Origin: Eutreptiella sp. 'Long Island Sound 2002'
Lineage: Eukaryota > Protista > Euglenida
Length of the DNA stretch: 64,000 bases
Reading direction: 5' to 3'
Assembly: GCA_964036045.1 (NCBI GenBank)
Contig: OZ038378.1
Location: forward strand, 185,504,001-185,568,000
Shown here: positions 12,595-24,950 of the stretch, piece after piece
Position numbering within the stretch: the first letter of the stretch is position 1
Layout: the number at the start of each line of letters is the position of its first letter
Notes under the pieces: generated by a model
Databases searched by the model: none
Told to the model about the DNA's origin: nothing
What the model saw: the letters and a program-made list of their open reading frames with translations, nothing else
Program-made: the position numbers and the translations under genes

Positions 12595-13138
12595 CAAGGG
12601 GGGCGCTGTTCCAATTCCAGCCCCCCCCCCCCCCTCCAGACCCCCAAAAGTTTTCGAACTCGTCTTTCTCCAATTTGAGATTTTGGGGGGAAGGGTCGGT
12701 GCCGAAGGCGCGGAAATTTTTTTTTTGCCTTCCTGAGGGGGTTTTTTTTCACCCTATGTGTCTATACTCAAAATTCTCAGAATTTTGTGGAGAATTCAAA
12801 AATGGTTGAAAAACACAGGAAAAATTTGACCCCTGACCTGACCTCCGGGTGGGACCTTGGCTGATGGGAGCCTGAGCCAATGGGCAAATTTTTTCTGAAA
12901 TTTTTTTTTACCCCAGTTGTGTGCGTTCAAAATGATCAGCGTCATGGGGATCATTTTGAGGTATGTATGTTGGGGTACCCACTAACCCCCCCTTTAGGGG
13001 TACCCACTGACCCTACTTTAGGGCCCCTGACCGCTGACCCGCCGACCCACCTAAAACCCCCCCCCCCCCCCACCTCCAGACCCCCAAAAGTTTTCGCACC
13101 CGTTTGGGGTCTAGAATTTGAACAGGCCGCCCCCCTTG
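12595..13138. repeat. MITE-like non-coding element with imperfect terminal inverted repeats and an internal direct repeat
   Basis: CAAGGGGGGCGCTGTTCCAATTCCAG (12595-12620) is an imperfect inverted copy of 13111-13138. CCTCCAGACCCCCAAAAGTTTTCG is repeated at 12633-12656 and 13073-13096. Confidence 0.6.
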
Positions 13139-13914
13139 GTTGGTTTCAACCGCTGTCGGTTGCCCTCCAACTGTTGAGTTGGGTTTGACGGATGCCAGCA
13201 GTGTTTTTTCTCTCTCAGGAATTGCTTTGAACCAAAACCGAACTTCTAGCCAAACATGTCAGACTTCATCACAACCTCCAACCACCAGGCTTTCTCTGGA
13301 TCAGCCTGTCTGAGACCCCACTACTTGTCTGTTGCTTTTGGTGACAGTGACGATGCATTGCTGCTTCATGGTGGGGTCCTGGGGTTTGTGGTTAGCCCTT
13401 GGGCAATGTGGCGGGTCTTTGGGTTTTGTGGCTCGCGCGTGGTGTCCCATGCACTGCAGCTGAACAGCCGCAGCTGGATGATACGGGAGGATGGAAGGCT
13501 GTAGCGCTTTATCGTGCGGATTCTGGGATACCCGTCTTTGCATGTGGTCGCGCAAATGAGGCCAAGAGTGTGGTTGATTGTTCGTGAAACACTCGTTGCC
13601 ATGCATCTGACGGGGGCCTTGTGCTCCGGGGTCTAGGTTAGTGTTAGTATGTTTGGCGCCTTCCCACAGAAACATTTGGAGCAGGCACAGAACACATGTC
13701 CACAATATAGTCTGCTTTACATGTTTGAAGGGATTTGATAGTCTTACTCACTGCGCAATGGAGGAAAGCCCTATGCAACTGTGTGGTATGGGTAGACAGG
13801 CTTTTACGTACTACAAATCTCCAGGGTGACTTCCCAATACCCATGACCCAACGCCCATCATTGGCACATTTGTACCACAGCATTGACCACTCAACCACCT
13901 CCCACATCTGACAT

Positions 13915-14152
13915 GCACCCCCCCCCCCCCCGTTGCAATCCCCCCCCCCCTGGGGGGAATTGTCACTCGGCCCAAAGAGCATAGAAAATACTAGGCGCCA
14001 AAGGCGCCAAAGAAAATTTTTACAAGGCGCCAAAGGCGCTGACGCTGATTTACACTGTGATACTATGGTACAGATTTGTGGTGCAATCCCCCCCCCCCCC
14101 TGGGGGGGGAACCGGCCTGACAAAAGGGGGGAGATTGCAGGGGGGGGGGTAT
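13915..14152. repeat. Short element with GCAATCCCCC/GGGGG modules and a GGCGCCAAAGGCGCC/AAAATTTT core
   Basis: GCAATC(C)nT(G)n occurs twice, with an inverted GATTGC near 14134. Related GGCGCC/AAATTT cores occur near 12700, 20235, 51705 and 56560. Confidence 0.55.
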
Positions 14153-14431
14153 CAAAAGCATGGACCTTTGGCGGGTCAGTTTGATGTGTGCTACAATCGA
14201 TCAGTTAACCACTGCACATACTGGAAATCATATTGGATATGTGGAGGGGAAACAATGGATGCACAAAATGAACAGTGGGTCCTTTCAGTCATGCACCGCT
14301 GTCCAACAGGAACGAATGCACTGTTGCATGCTTTTCAGGCACTCCCCCGGCCGTCCTCGAGAACATAGTCTCAATTTCAGATTCTCGAAATACTGCAGCT
14401 TGAATGATGATTGTGCCCCTGCGACCACATC

Positions 14432-14643
14432 TCCCTTGTCAGAACAACATGGGGTGTTCTTTCCACACATTTTGGAACCACGGGATTTGGCGGTACCATT
14501 CTCTGGTGGTCCTTGAAGACCAAGTTTCTTCTCTGTGATTTGGGGCTGGGGATGGTATTTTGGGTATGCTGATTACTGCCGGGCTACTTGTTGCACGCCC
14601 CCTGGACATTCACAGACATGGTTGTGTGGACCTGAATGATGCT
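14432..14643 (+). repeat. Diverged coding-like repeat; second copy at about 16262-16485, partial third at about 16527-16563
   Basis: Both full copies read LSEQH..FP..LEP..L.VPF...F.VI.GWGWYFG.AD.CRA; this copy has an in-frame stop. Confidence 0.75.
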
Positions 14644-14746
14644 TTGCCTTATGGGGGCGCCTCAAGCGCAGTGCGCGCGCAGTGCAACTATTTGGGCGTC
14701 TGGCCGTACTAGAGACCCATACTTTGAGATACTAGGGGCCCCTAGG

Positions 14747-15020
14747 GGCATCATGGTGACCTCTAGCGGAGGTTTTGACTTCTGATTTTGTCCCCTTTTG
14801 TTTGGAGACCCCCGAGAATGCAGGGGTGACGTAGCATTTCCGCCCTCTTTTGGGCCCCAACCTTCCGGTGCTATTGAGGAAACCGGGACAATCTTTGAAT
14901 CCACACTTTGATACCAGGAGCATCATGGTGACCCCTAGCGTACGTTTTGACTTCTGATTTTGTCCCCCGTTGTTTGGGGACCCCGAGAATGCAGGGTTGA
15001 CGTAGCATTTCCGCCCTCAT
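14747..15020 (+). repeat. Direct repeat of about 100 bp (about 14747-14850 and about 14920-15020)
   Basis: GCATCATGGTGACC.CTAGCG...GTTTTGACTTCTGATTTTGTCCCC...CCCCGAGAATGCAGGG.TGACGTAGCATTTCCGCCCTC is present twice. Confidence 0.9.
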
Positions 15021-15149
15021 GGTTTCTATAGGGCACACATTGAGCACTTGTTTGCACGCATGTGGCATTGGGGCATCGTAAGGAACATATGGAGGGGATC
15101 CGGTACGGAGTTGCATGAGTACGTGCGTGTACTCTTGCATTTGCAGCAA

Positions 15150-15410
15150 TTTTTGATTCGAAGACAGGTACAGTACCCTCCATATGGTCCGTGGGAACAC
15201 GTACCTGCACATGTATGGACTGCACCTACACAGGAGGACAATGATGATGAGGATGTTGTGGGTGATGATGGGGATGTTTGTGCCCTTTGTTGCACCAAGT
15301 CTGACCCTGAAAAGATGTCCATGTGTGACAAGTGTGAACTGCAATATTGTACGGATTGCATTGACACACACACACACATGTGACAATGTGTCTTTTCTTT
15401 GATTCTGCAA
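15150..15410 (+). pseudogene. Truncated PHD-finger-like remnant, possibly transposon-derived
   Basis: CALCCTKSDPEKMSMCDKCELQYCTDC has PHD-like Cys spacing and is cut by an (AC)n run and a stop. Confidence 0.4.
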
Positions 15411-17635
15411 CTGTGTGATGTTGTGCACACAAGTTGCGTATTCTCAATGTGTACTTAGTTGACAATGGAACAGAGCGACAGTTGTGTGTTCTTGAGGGTG
15501 GCGACCAATGCGCTGTTCATGGCTTTTCCAGTTGTGCATGATGTGTGTTATGTGAAGGGAAGGTAGTTTGCAACTTTCTTGAGCTGGGGCAGTTTGGATC
15601 ACTTAATTCTAAGGGTGTTTCCAAGGGGTGTGCTTGGGGGCTCTTCGGGGGGAACATAGTCTAAAAGTAGCGCGCAGTGCGCGCGCAGTGCAAAGATTCC
15701 CCCTTTGTCTCCCAGGATGCCCGTACAACGCCTTTGTCGGAACAATAGGAGGCATTGTTTCCATCATTTTCATTATTTTTAAAGTTGTTCTTGCAGAAGG
15801 GTTTGTGTGCAGGTGTGGTGTGATACGCATGAATGCTGATGTGGTATGAGTAATCTTTGTCCCCTTTGTCATCCTCCCCGTTCCATGTCGTGCCCCCCCA
15901 TCCCCCCAAGGGGTTGAGGTTGGAGGGGGTGTGACGTTGGTGACCCCTAAAATTTAGTCACAGGGCAAGCCTCCAAGGTAGACGTATTGTGGTCTCATGC
16001 TGGTTGTGCCTCCCTTTCCATGCAGACCAAGTGTGGTGTACAGTGACGGTACCATTCCCTCGGGGCTGCTGGGGGGATCGTTACGAAATGGTGGGGGGGA
16101 TGACAAGGGGTGGGGGATGACAAGCAGTGGGGTTATTTCCCACAGACTGTTATGGACCATCACTGTGGTAGATGTATGCTACCTGTTTGATGTAAGCTTT
16201 GCCATTATCCCTGCCATTTATCTGGTACGCCCTTCCCCCCGTCCCCCTTGGGAGAACAGCGCCCTTGTCAGAACAGCACGAGATGTTGTTTCCGCAATTT
16301 TTAGAACCATCGACTTTGCCGGTTCCTTTTCTGATTGTTTGTGAGGATCAATTTTTTCCTGTGATTCGGGGCTGGGGATGGTATTTCGGCGATGCTGATG
16401 ACTGTCGTGCGCTTTTTGCCCCTCCCTTCAGGATGTTAGTCTGATTCAGCTCCATAGACATGGCTGCCTGGGCCTTGATGATGCATTGCTGTGCTGCTTG
16501 TGTCTCTTGATGGTGCACACAAATTTTGCTCTTGTCAGAACAGCAGGAAGTGTTGTTCCCATCGTTTTCAGTGCCCCTCCCTCCCCCCCTTGTCCTTCCC
16601 CACCTTGTCCTTCCCCAGGGGGGGTTGGGGGACCGTCACTTGCTCAACCCAAAATTTTTCGTTGTAGCTCACTGTGTTGTTGTGGCAAAACCACCACCCA
16701 AGAGTGCTGCCCAAAGCATTCCAGTGGAAAGTGGAGAGCATGTGCAAGAGTTCAAGGTCAAGTGGAGCAGGACCAAGAAAATTAACACCGAGCTGGTCAA
16801 GGAGTAGGTCTCCGTACATTGACAGCCCTTCGAACTTATCTTATGCTGAATTCTTTCGTTTTATGCTGCAATTTCTGTGCCTGCAAATGTGCGTGTACGG
16901 TGGTAGTGCGGTTCCCCAGGGGGGGCTGGGGGACTGTCACTTGGTGACCGTCCCCTAGGGGGTGGTGGGGGACCGTCTTCCCTGGGGTGGGGAAGGACAA
17001 GGGGGGGGAGGAACAGGGCACCTGGGCCTCACGCACACGGAAACACAGCGAGGCAGGCTATAGACGGCCTGTGGACAGAGGCGCGTGGACAGCAAAAACA
17101 GTCAAATGACCCCGGCAACAACCAGCACATCCTCAATACGCCAACTATTGGGCGCTGCTGATGCGCAAACGGCACACCATGCCACATTCAGCACAGCCCC
17201 AACACACCAACTACTGGGCTCTGCGAATGCGGAAACGACACCAGCAAGAGCAAGAGCACCGGCCGCAGCGGCCGACAGAAAGCAGCGACCCGACGCAACA
17301 TGCGAAGGGAAGAAAGTATGACTGTCCAGGGCCCCGTAACGGGATGTCACACAGAGGGGTGCTTTTACCATTGTTCTCGCGGGGGGGGAAGGGGGATATG
17401 TGCTTGCTTGCTGTATGTGTCATAGCATGCGTCCGGAGTAGGTTTGTCGCAGATGCACCGCAGGGATCAAATCTGTCGACGGCCACACAAACTGCTTTGT
17501 GCACGCCCAGCGAACACTTGGTGGAACATCGATTTGGCGTGAAAAAAAAACCAGACACCAAATCATTGCTCACAGGCCACACGACGCATCTGGGCTCTGG
17601 CATTCGGGGCTGTCAAAGAGGCCAGCACCCACACG

Positions 17636-19528
17636 ATGGAGTATGATGTGCTGCATGCAACAGTTATTCTGCAGATAAGTGCAGGGAGTCCTGCAAGGCA
17701 GAGTCCCATGTGCAGCACTTGCCCCTCAGGAGTTGATGAATCCCAACGTTACCCGTCTTTGTCGCAGTATGGATATCTGATGCCAGAGCATGTCTGGCAA
17801 AGCATCAACCCTGTGCCGAAATGGCGGTTGCGGAACCCCCTTCCCGTGGAATTTTGGCGACAGGCGCAGAACCTTGTGATGCCACCGTGGGTTTGCGAGC
17901 CCTGTGACAGTGCAGGTCTGGACTCTGTGTGCGCTACGGAGCCTCAGAGCATGGAGTCTGTTGAGAATGCTGCGGTGACTGTGTTTGGCACCAAGCGGAA
18001 GAGTGCATACAGTACTTTGATGTTGGCTGAAGGCTGTCAGCCTGAGGCAAAGCGTGCCCGACTCGAGAACAGGATGGAAGCGGGATCCGATCCGGAGGAC
18101 TCCGACAGTACTTTGGAGTCTGAGCTGGAAGGGGTTCAAGCCAAGGCAAAGCGAGCCCGCCCCGTGCACAAGACGGGCTGGATGGCGTGCTCGGACAGCG
18201 ACAGCGATGTGGTCAGAGCGGGTGCACAACGGTCGAAAGATGCAGCCAGCGATGTGAATGAGGAGGGCGATGAGGACGCGGCTGAGGAGGAGGAGGAGGA
18301 GGAGGGGGGGGGGGTGGAGGAAAATATGTACAGTGTGGCGAGGATCGTTGATGATGATGAGCATCCGGCTAGTGGTGATGATGAGGAGGAGGATGAGGAG
18401 GAGGAGGAGGAGGAGGAGCAGGACGTGGAGGACGTGGTCAGAGGGGCGGCATCAGCGTCAAAAGATATGGTCGCTGTAGGGGATGTTGAGGAGGAGGAGG
18501 AGGAGGAGGGGGAGGAGGAGGAGGAGGAGGAGGAGGAGGAGGAGCAGGACGTGGAGGACGTGGTCAGAGGGGCGGCATCAGCGTCAAAAGATATGGTCGC
18601 TGTAGGGGATGTTGAGGAGGAGGAGGAGGAGGAGGAGGAGGAGGACAAGGTCAGAGGGGCGGCATCAGCATCGAAAGATGTGGTCGCCGTAGGGGATGTT
18701 GAGGAGGAAGAGGAGGAGGAGGAGGAGGAGGAGGAGGAGGAGGAGGAGGAGAAGGAGGAGGTAAGGCGACCGGCGGCCGCCGCCGCACCGAAGCCTGCGG
18801 CCTCCGATGACACGCCGGTAATCAGACTCTCCGATTCAGAGGATGATACGGATGACAGGCGACCGAGGGCGGCTGCCGCGCCGAAGCCCGCGGCCTCCAG
18901 GGAGACGCCGCTGCTCCCATTCACTGGCACCTCCGCGGGATTGAAATCCTCTGCAAGTCCTGACCCTGCAAGCCCAATGGAGGGCCTCAGTGATGCGGGG
19001 GACGGGATGCTCGGCCCCGCGGCAACAGACACCTCGGAAGCGAGCCCGACCGGGAGTGCCACGTGGCCCTGGCCGGGAGAAACCGGGGCGGGAGGCAAGC
19101 AGCTGTGCGATCGGGTGCTCTACATCGGCGGGCTGAATGAGGATGTAAAGTGTGCGCAGTTCACCCGCTTCATGAGCATGTTCGGGTTCGATTCCCGGGT
19201 CCTGGAGGACGTCGTCATGCTGCCCAAGCCCAAAGGCCGCAGGCACCAGACCTCCACCCGGGCCGTGGTTGTGGTGTGCCGGCACTCCGAGACCACCGAC
19301 CGCATCATCAGGATCCTTCAAGGGGGCAGGGGCAGGTACTCTGGTCGCCTTTTGTGTGCTCGGACCCTGACCAAGACCCAGGCACCGCGACACTGTGTGA
19401 TGAGTGTGATGAGTATGAAATGCTGTTATCCCGTTACCTCAGTTCAGGGTCCGACGAGGAGGGAGGGTGACAGCGACCGAGGCGCCGCAAGTGAGCGCCA
19501 GAGAAAAAAAAGGCAGCCTGTTGTATGA
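17636..19528 (+). CDS. Uncharacterised 630-aa protein with Glu-rich tandem repeats and a C-terminal RRM-like domain
   Basis: Long uninterrupted ORF with an RNP2-like VLYIGGL, basic NLS-like clusters (KRK, RQRKKR) and poly-E blocks. Start codon uncertain. Confidence 0.6.
   Translation: MEYDVLHATVILQISAGSPARQSPMCSTCPSGVDESQRYPSLSQYGYLMPEHVWQSINPVPKWRLRNPLPVEFWRQAQNLVMPPWVCEPCDSAGLDSVCATEPQSMESVENAAVTVFGTKRKSAYSTLMLAEGCQPEAKRARLENRMEAGSDPEDSDSTLESELEGVQAKAKRARPVHKTGWMACSDSDSDVVRAGAQRSKDAASDVNEEGDEDAAEEEEEEEGGGVEENMYSVARIVDDDEHPASGDDEEEDEEEEEEEEQDVEDVVRGAASASKDMVAVGDVEEEEEEEGEEEEEEEEEEEQDVEDVVRGAASASKDMVAVGDVEEEEEEEEEEDKVRGAASASKDVVAVGDVEEEEEEEEEEEEEEEEEKEEVRRPAAAAAPKPAASDDTPVIRLSDSEDDTDDRRPRAAAAPKPAASRETPLLPFTGTSAGLKSSASPDPASPMEGLSDAGDGMLGPAATDTSEASPTGSATWPWPGETGAGGKQLCDRVLYIGGLNEDVKCAQFTRFMSMFGFDSRVLEDVVMLPKPKGRRHQTSTRAVVVVCRHSETTDRIIRILQGGRGRYSGRLLCARTLTKTQAPRHCVMSVMSMKCCYPVTSVQGPTRREGDSDRGAASERQRKKRQPVV
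18419..18760 (+). repeat. In-frame tandem repeat (spacings 126 and 87 bp) with (GAG)n tracts
   Basis: GTCAGAGGGGCGGCATCAGC.TC.AAAGAT.TGGTCGC.GTAGGGGATGTT occurs at 18437, 18563 and 18650. Confidence 0.95.
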
Positions 19529-20567
19529 TAAATCAAAGTAGCGTGGGAGCGCGCGGTCACACGTTAGTGAGTGTACATAGAGGACAGGCGCAAGTGGGCA
19601 ACACCATGGACATAAAGTGCGCAGCCGAAGCCTGTGAGCTGGGGCAATCGGTTAGCCAATTATCTGTCGCTATGTCCTGCCGCGCAACGCGAGACGGCCA
19701 GCTGCGTGGGGGATGTCGCGCCTGGCGCGCCGGGCAGAGTCCCGCTTGGCAAGGCTGCACGCGGGCCTGCGTGTGTGCGGAAGTGCCTCGCGCTCTCCGC
19801 GTGTTCTTGGTCTGTGCTCGCTGCGTGACACATGTGACCATTGGGGGTGCGGTATGGGTAGGGCCAGACCAGACACGCATTAGAACAAAAAAAATGGAAG
19901 GAGGAGGTCCCCCCCCCCCCCCGGGTCCAAACCCCCCTCCCCCGCCCCTCCTCAGAGCCCCCCCCCTCTCCCCCTCTTCCAATGCAGGTGGAAGCCTGAG
20001 TCGGGGTCCTAGAAAATTTTTAGGTTAACAGTTTTAGGTGCAACTTGAGGGTGAATAAGTGCCTTGTGGTAGCATCTCTCAATGCTGAAGCTTCTTGGGG
20101 GCACAACTTTGCGAGGCAGTCAAGAGTCTGAGGGATCTGTAGAGTGCTTTGTGTCATGTTGCCCAGTGTTCTCTATGCCGCAGAAACACCAGGAATCAAC
20201 AGCAACCATCCACAGCCCACCAGCAAATAGGCCAAAAAAATTTTCCGGTGCCGAAACCCAGGTTTCCCCAGAAACCCCAGTTTGGCTCCACTGCCTCTCT
20301 TGTTCACAGTTTACAGTTTAAGGGCCGCGCGCTCCCGCCCGTCAGATGGATGTTCGACTTTTACTGTGCTGTGTCAGGAGGGCAACGGAATCAGGGCAAC
20401 CAGCCAAACCTTTCAAGGAGCAGTTGTCAAGGAGGAGGGTCAACCCCCCCCCCCCCCCCCCTCAGACCCGCCCCCCGGGTCCAAACCCACCCCCCCCCCT
20501 TCCTCCGCTCCAATGCCTGTCTGGGCCAGACCCCCTCCCCCCCCTTCAGACCTCCAAACCTACGCCA

Positions 20568-21585
20568 ATGGAGAACAGCAGTCTCGCCAATGCAGGGACA
20601 CGCGCCAGGCATCTCACAGCCCGCATGGTTGTTGCAAAGGCCTGTGAGGCAATCGAGCTGGTGAAGGCGCATGGTACCATGCAGGATTTTGATGAACCAA
20701 AAGCTAATTTTGATGATGTTTTGATGCACTTGTAATGCGAGCTCAAAAACTCGGCGCTGGTCACTCAGGACCGGGAAATCGGTGTGGATGGTGAATGGTA
20801 CATGGGGTTTCAGCCCCCGACGTGACTGAAGTGAACTCCCCTGCCAGGGAGTGTAACGCCCACTGTTACGCGTCTGGGGGTTGGGGGTAGTTGAGAACTC
20901 GAGTGCTCAAGTAACCCTGTACTCGAGGCGCGCCGTGTGCGACCTGGGGTAAGCCCCTCCCTCACTCTCGTCCCAACGACCGGTGTGGGTGAGAACCAGC
21001 TCCCGGATCGAATGGCGTGCTGTTGCCCGCCCCCATGGTTAAACTTGCCGTGGGTTGTTCACCAATCACCCGCTTCTTGCTGTCCGGTGGGCGAGAGAGG
21101 GGTGGGGGTCAGGTACTACCAAGGTTCGCAATTTCGTAATTCATTTCAATGGCTGAAACCAGCCCAACGTGCAAGTTCTGCCATCATCGCTGCGCCTGTT
21201 TGTTGGGTATTTGAGCACGATGGAATGGATTGCCCCTCAGGTATTCGTGGGTGGGACTTCAGATCAAGCGGGTCCAAGCCATTGAGAGTGTGAAGGCCTT
21301 GGAGGAGCTGGTGCAGTCGCAGGCTGAGGTGAAGCAGCAGTCGCAGGCAGCCCAGCAGGCCGCCAAACAGGCAAAAGCCAAGCCGAAGCCTGCGGCGGCT
21401 CAGAAGAGAGAGCCAGAGGAAGACGCAGCGGTGGACTCCGCCTCATCCTCCTCCTCCTCCAACGAGGTGCCCCCGCTTGCAGCAGCGGAGGGCGTGGCGA
21501 CACTGCCAGCTGCAGCCGCACGCCCGAAAGGGCGTGAATGGCCTGGCGCACAGAGGAACCGCCCGCCTCCACTCAGGAAGGATGG

Positions 21586-21632
<47 letters not shown>

Positions 21633-24354
21633 GGCACCAGCAGCGCGAAGATGGTGATGACCAGGGTCAACGTTCACACCGTACATCGCAGCACCAACAC
21701 CAACACCATCACCGTTTGCCCCCCGGAGGGTTCCACCACCACCACCACCACCACTACCATTACCACATGCCCCCAGATTCGACTCTCCAACACCACCATC
21801 ACCACCAGCAATATCACCACCACCACCACCAGCACCAGCACCAGCACCAGCACCAGCACCAGCACCAGCACCAGCACCAGCACCATATGTTTCCACAGTG
21901 GTATCACCACCACCACCATCTACTGGGGTCCTACATGCCCTACATGTACCCGTATGCGTACGCCCCAGCATGCTTGGTGCCCATTTTACCGCCCTACCCT
22001 TTCTATCCCGCCCCCTACCCGACATCTTCCCCGTCAATGCCTCAGTACGATGCCGCCCCATCCCCCAATGCCAGCCCCCCCGTCCCATCGTACGAGTACG
22101 GCAGCATAATCCCCGCGGAGGAGAACAACACAACCGAGTTCAAGAAATCGCTTGTGGCCGAGCACTTGCATCGGTATCTCAATGCCTTCCTCAATTCCAA
22201 CGGCGGGCGATTATATGTTGGGGTGACGGACGACCGTAAGGTTTTGGGCTTCAGGTTGACCCCTACCCTTAAGCTCTGATGGAGGCTCAACCTGCAACAA
22301 GCCCTCACCCCTCCGCGCGCAATTAGTGGTGAGCATCCTCCAAACTTCATGGTCTTGGAAAGACTCCGTGTGTAGGGTGCCCGTGCCGGCATGCGAGGGA
22401 TGCCAAGGGGCAGAAGCAGCACCTGTGAGCAGAGGGACGACTGTCCCGCTGTCACCCACCAAAAATACTTTTCCCCGGCGTCTGTGGATAAGCAATGCAC
22501 ACAATTTCCTCCTGAAAACCCAAACCGATGCGTACATCCGAAAGTACCAACGGCAGCCTCTTCTGCGCCTTATAGCAACCCCCCAGCCCCCCCCCGCGCA
22601 ATGAGGGGGTGTCACTGCAGGGCGTGCACAAGGCAACTGTTGGGCAATTTTATGAAGTCTTTACGTGAAATACGTTTGAGCACTCAGCCCGCGCTCCGGA
22701 GGACCTGCCACCACTTTGAGCCTCTGCTTGCGGCAGGCCCACCGTAGTGATTTTTTTTATGAGCCATGGGGATGGCCCATATCTTATGGGGCCACCATCG
22801 CCTTATGTGCGCACAAGGCACGCACAGGGCAACCGCTCGTTCAATGCCCATGTTTGTAGAACACGCTTCGCCTGTTGCCAAGTTCGGTCTGTCTTAGTTG
22901 CAAGTTTGCAGTCTTGGTTTCGCTGGGATTGCCGCAGGCAAGCCACGTGCGCTTGGCAGAAAGTTTCTTGGGGCGTCTGAGTTCTGGATTTCAAGTATTG
23001 GCACTGGGTGGTGAGGGACTTGGCCGCAGAGGAAGAGGTTTCGGTCGCCTGGTGGTGCCGAGATGCGGTCTGGCGGCGTCCGCAGTGCCCAGGCCCGATT
23101 TCTGCTCTGCGGTGTATGTGAAGTCGAAGGTTGCGGTTCTGTGGCACATACTGACGTGTGAGGAGCACCTCAGAGGGAGGATTAGGGTGGTGGCTGCCGA
23201 AGAAGGGCCTTGGGGATTTGGGAATGCCCCCACAGTGGCAAGCGCTGCGCAGGGAGCCGGATGGACAGGACAGGGGGGCGCACCCATCTCACGGCCTAGG
23301 CCAGTGCAAAACATGGTCAGACGCTCTCCACCTGCCCACACCTTTGGAGGGTGGCACAGTGGTTAGGTTGAGCCAGTTTTCTTGCTGATGTGCTTGAAAG
23401 GTGTCTGCTTGAGTGTGGGGGTAGGGCATGGTATTTGAGCTCACACCGATGATAGGGCACGCGCCTTACAGCCCAACGGTCCCGGTTTCGATTTCCACGA
23501 TGGGCACTGGGCCAGTGGGGCTCAAATGGCGAACCTGAAACACGCCTGCTTGCTTGTTCGTGTGTCTGTCTGCCTGCTCGCCTGCCTGCCTGCTTCTCTG
23601 ACTGCGTGTGTGTGTGTGTGTGTACTTGGGTGAACCCAAGTCGCAGTGGGCCCAGAGCACCCATCGCTCATTGTGAGCTTTGTGGATTTAGCTTCCCGCA
23701 AGCTGTAGGTATGTGTTTGGCAGGGCTGCCCTTTACCCCGTTCTGCTTGTGTACTGCCAGCTGCTGACTACATCTCCTGTACTCTAGAGCATCTGTTCTG
23801 GAGGGAGAGTTTTTCTCAGTTTCTCTCCTCGCACTTTTGTCTGGGTCATGACAAAGTGTGTGTGTGTGTGTGTGTGGGTAGGTGGCTGTGTAACTGTCTG
23901 TCGGTCGGTCGGTCGGTTGGTCGGTCGGTCCGTCCGTCCGTCCGCCTGCATGCGTGCACACGTGTATGTGCGTTCCGGATTCAGGGTTGACGCGACGCGC
24001 CGCGATGAGATCCGCCTGAGCGTTGACAACAGCCTGTCCCGGTTCTCGCCGCAAGTGGACACCACGTTGGTGGAAATCGCATTCGCCCCCGTTGTCGATA
24101 AGTACGGGGTGCACATGGACTCGCGGTACATACTGATCATCACCGTGCACAAGGACGACCACATGGACCAGTTCTGCGGCCTCTACTTTACGGACACCAC
24201 CCGCACGACCGCATGGCAGCGCGCGGGCGCCAGCATCCGGAAGATGGAGCGGGCGCTGATGGCGCGGCGCATCGCCATTGCGAATGAGTCGCGAAGGGCG
24301 AAGGGCATGTCCGCTCTCAATTCACTTCCCAGTCAAACGAGGGAGTGGCGCTGA
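20568..24354 (+). CDS. Schlafen/AlbA_2-domain protein with Q/H/P/Y-rich low-complexity region; exons 20568-20731, 21241-22254, 23985-24354 (515 aa)
   Basis: ENNTTEFK...YLNAFLNSNGGRLYVGVTDD is the AlbA_2 signature. Both GT-AG introns are phase 2 and join the frames (HL|YSW and GFR|VDATRRD). The exons sum to 1548 nt. Confidence 0.88.
21588..21883 (+). repeat. Coding microsatellites (CAG)n, (CAC)n and (CACCAG)n
   Basis: Encode polyQ, polyH and (HQ)n in the Schlafen exon. Confidence 0.95.
23850..23945. repeat. (TG)n and (GGTC/CGTC)n microsatellites in Schlafen intron 2
   Basis: Visible runs just before the acceptor at 23984. Confidence 0.85.
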
Positions 24355-24950
24355 GGGGCCCGGCGCGTCGCCGCTGCGGATCGGTTCCGGTGACTGCACG
24401 GCGCGATGGCCTGCCACAGTGGGTGCCTGCTGCACGGTCTGCCCCTCAGCCTCAGCTGAGGCGTGCCGGCGAGACCAAGGCGATGCCATCGTGCATCGTG
24501 CAGCGTGTGGTGATGCAGTGACCACCAGGCGCCCGGAGGTAAGCCAGAGGGCAAGCAGACACCCGCTGTCGTTAACTGCCCCCTCTAAGCCATCGTAGTC
24601 TGTTGGGGTGGTGTGGAGTGGACGCCTGCGGGGGCAGAACAGTCGGGGATTCTCTGCTGCTCGCAGCAGAAAGCCCCCACACACAAACATACACACGCAC
24701 ATGCACATGCACATTCTTTTGCTGTGAGCGCTCGGAGCAATGCGGAGACTTGCTGCAGATCAAACGACCCATGTCCGCCGTTTTGGCCAGTGTCCTGCTG
24801 CAGAAAAATGGGTGCCACTCAGTTTTAGGGTGCCAAAGAGGACGCCTTTCCGTGATGCCTGTGGCACCTGCAGCGCGCAGTTCTCGGAGGAGGCAACTGT
24901 GACGACTCTTTTCCTGAATTAAAATCCTACCCCCCCCCCCCTTGCGCATG

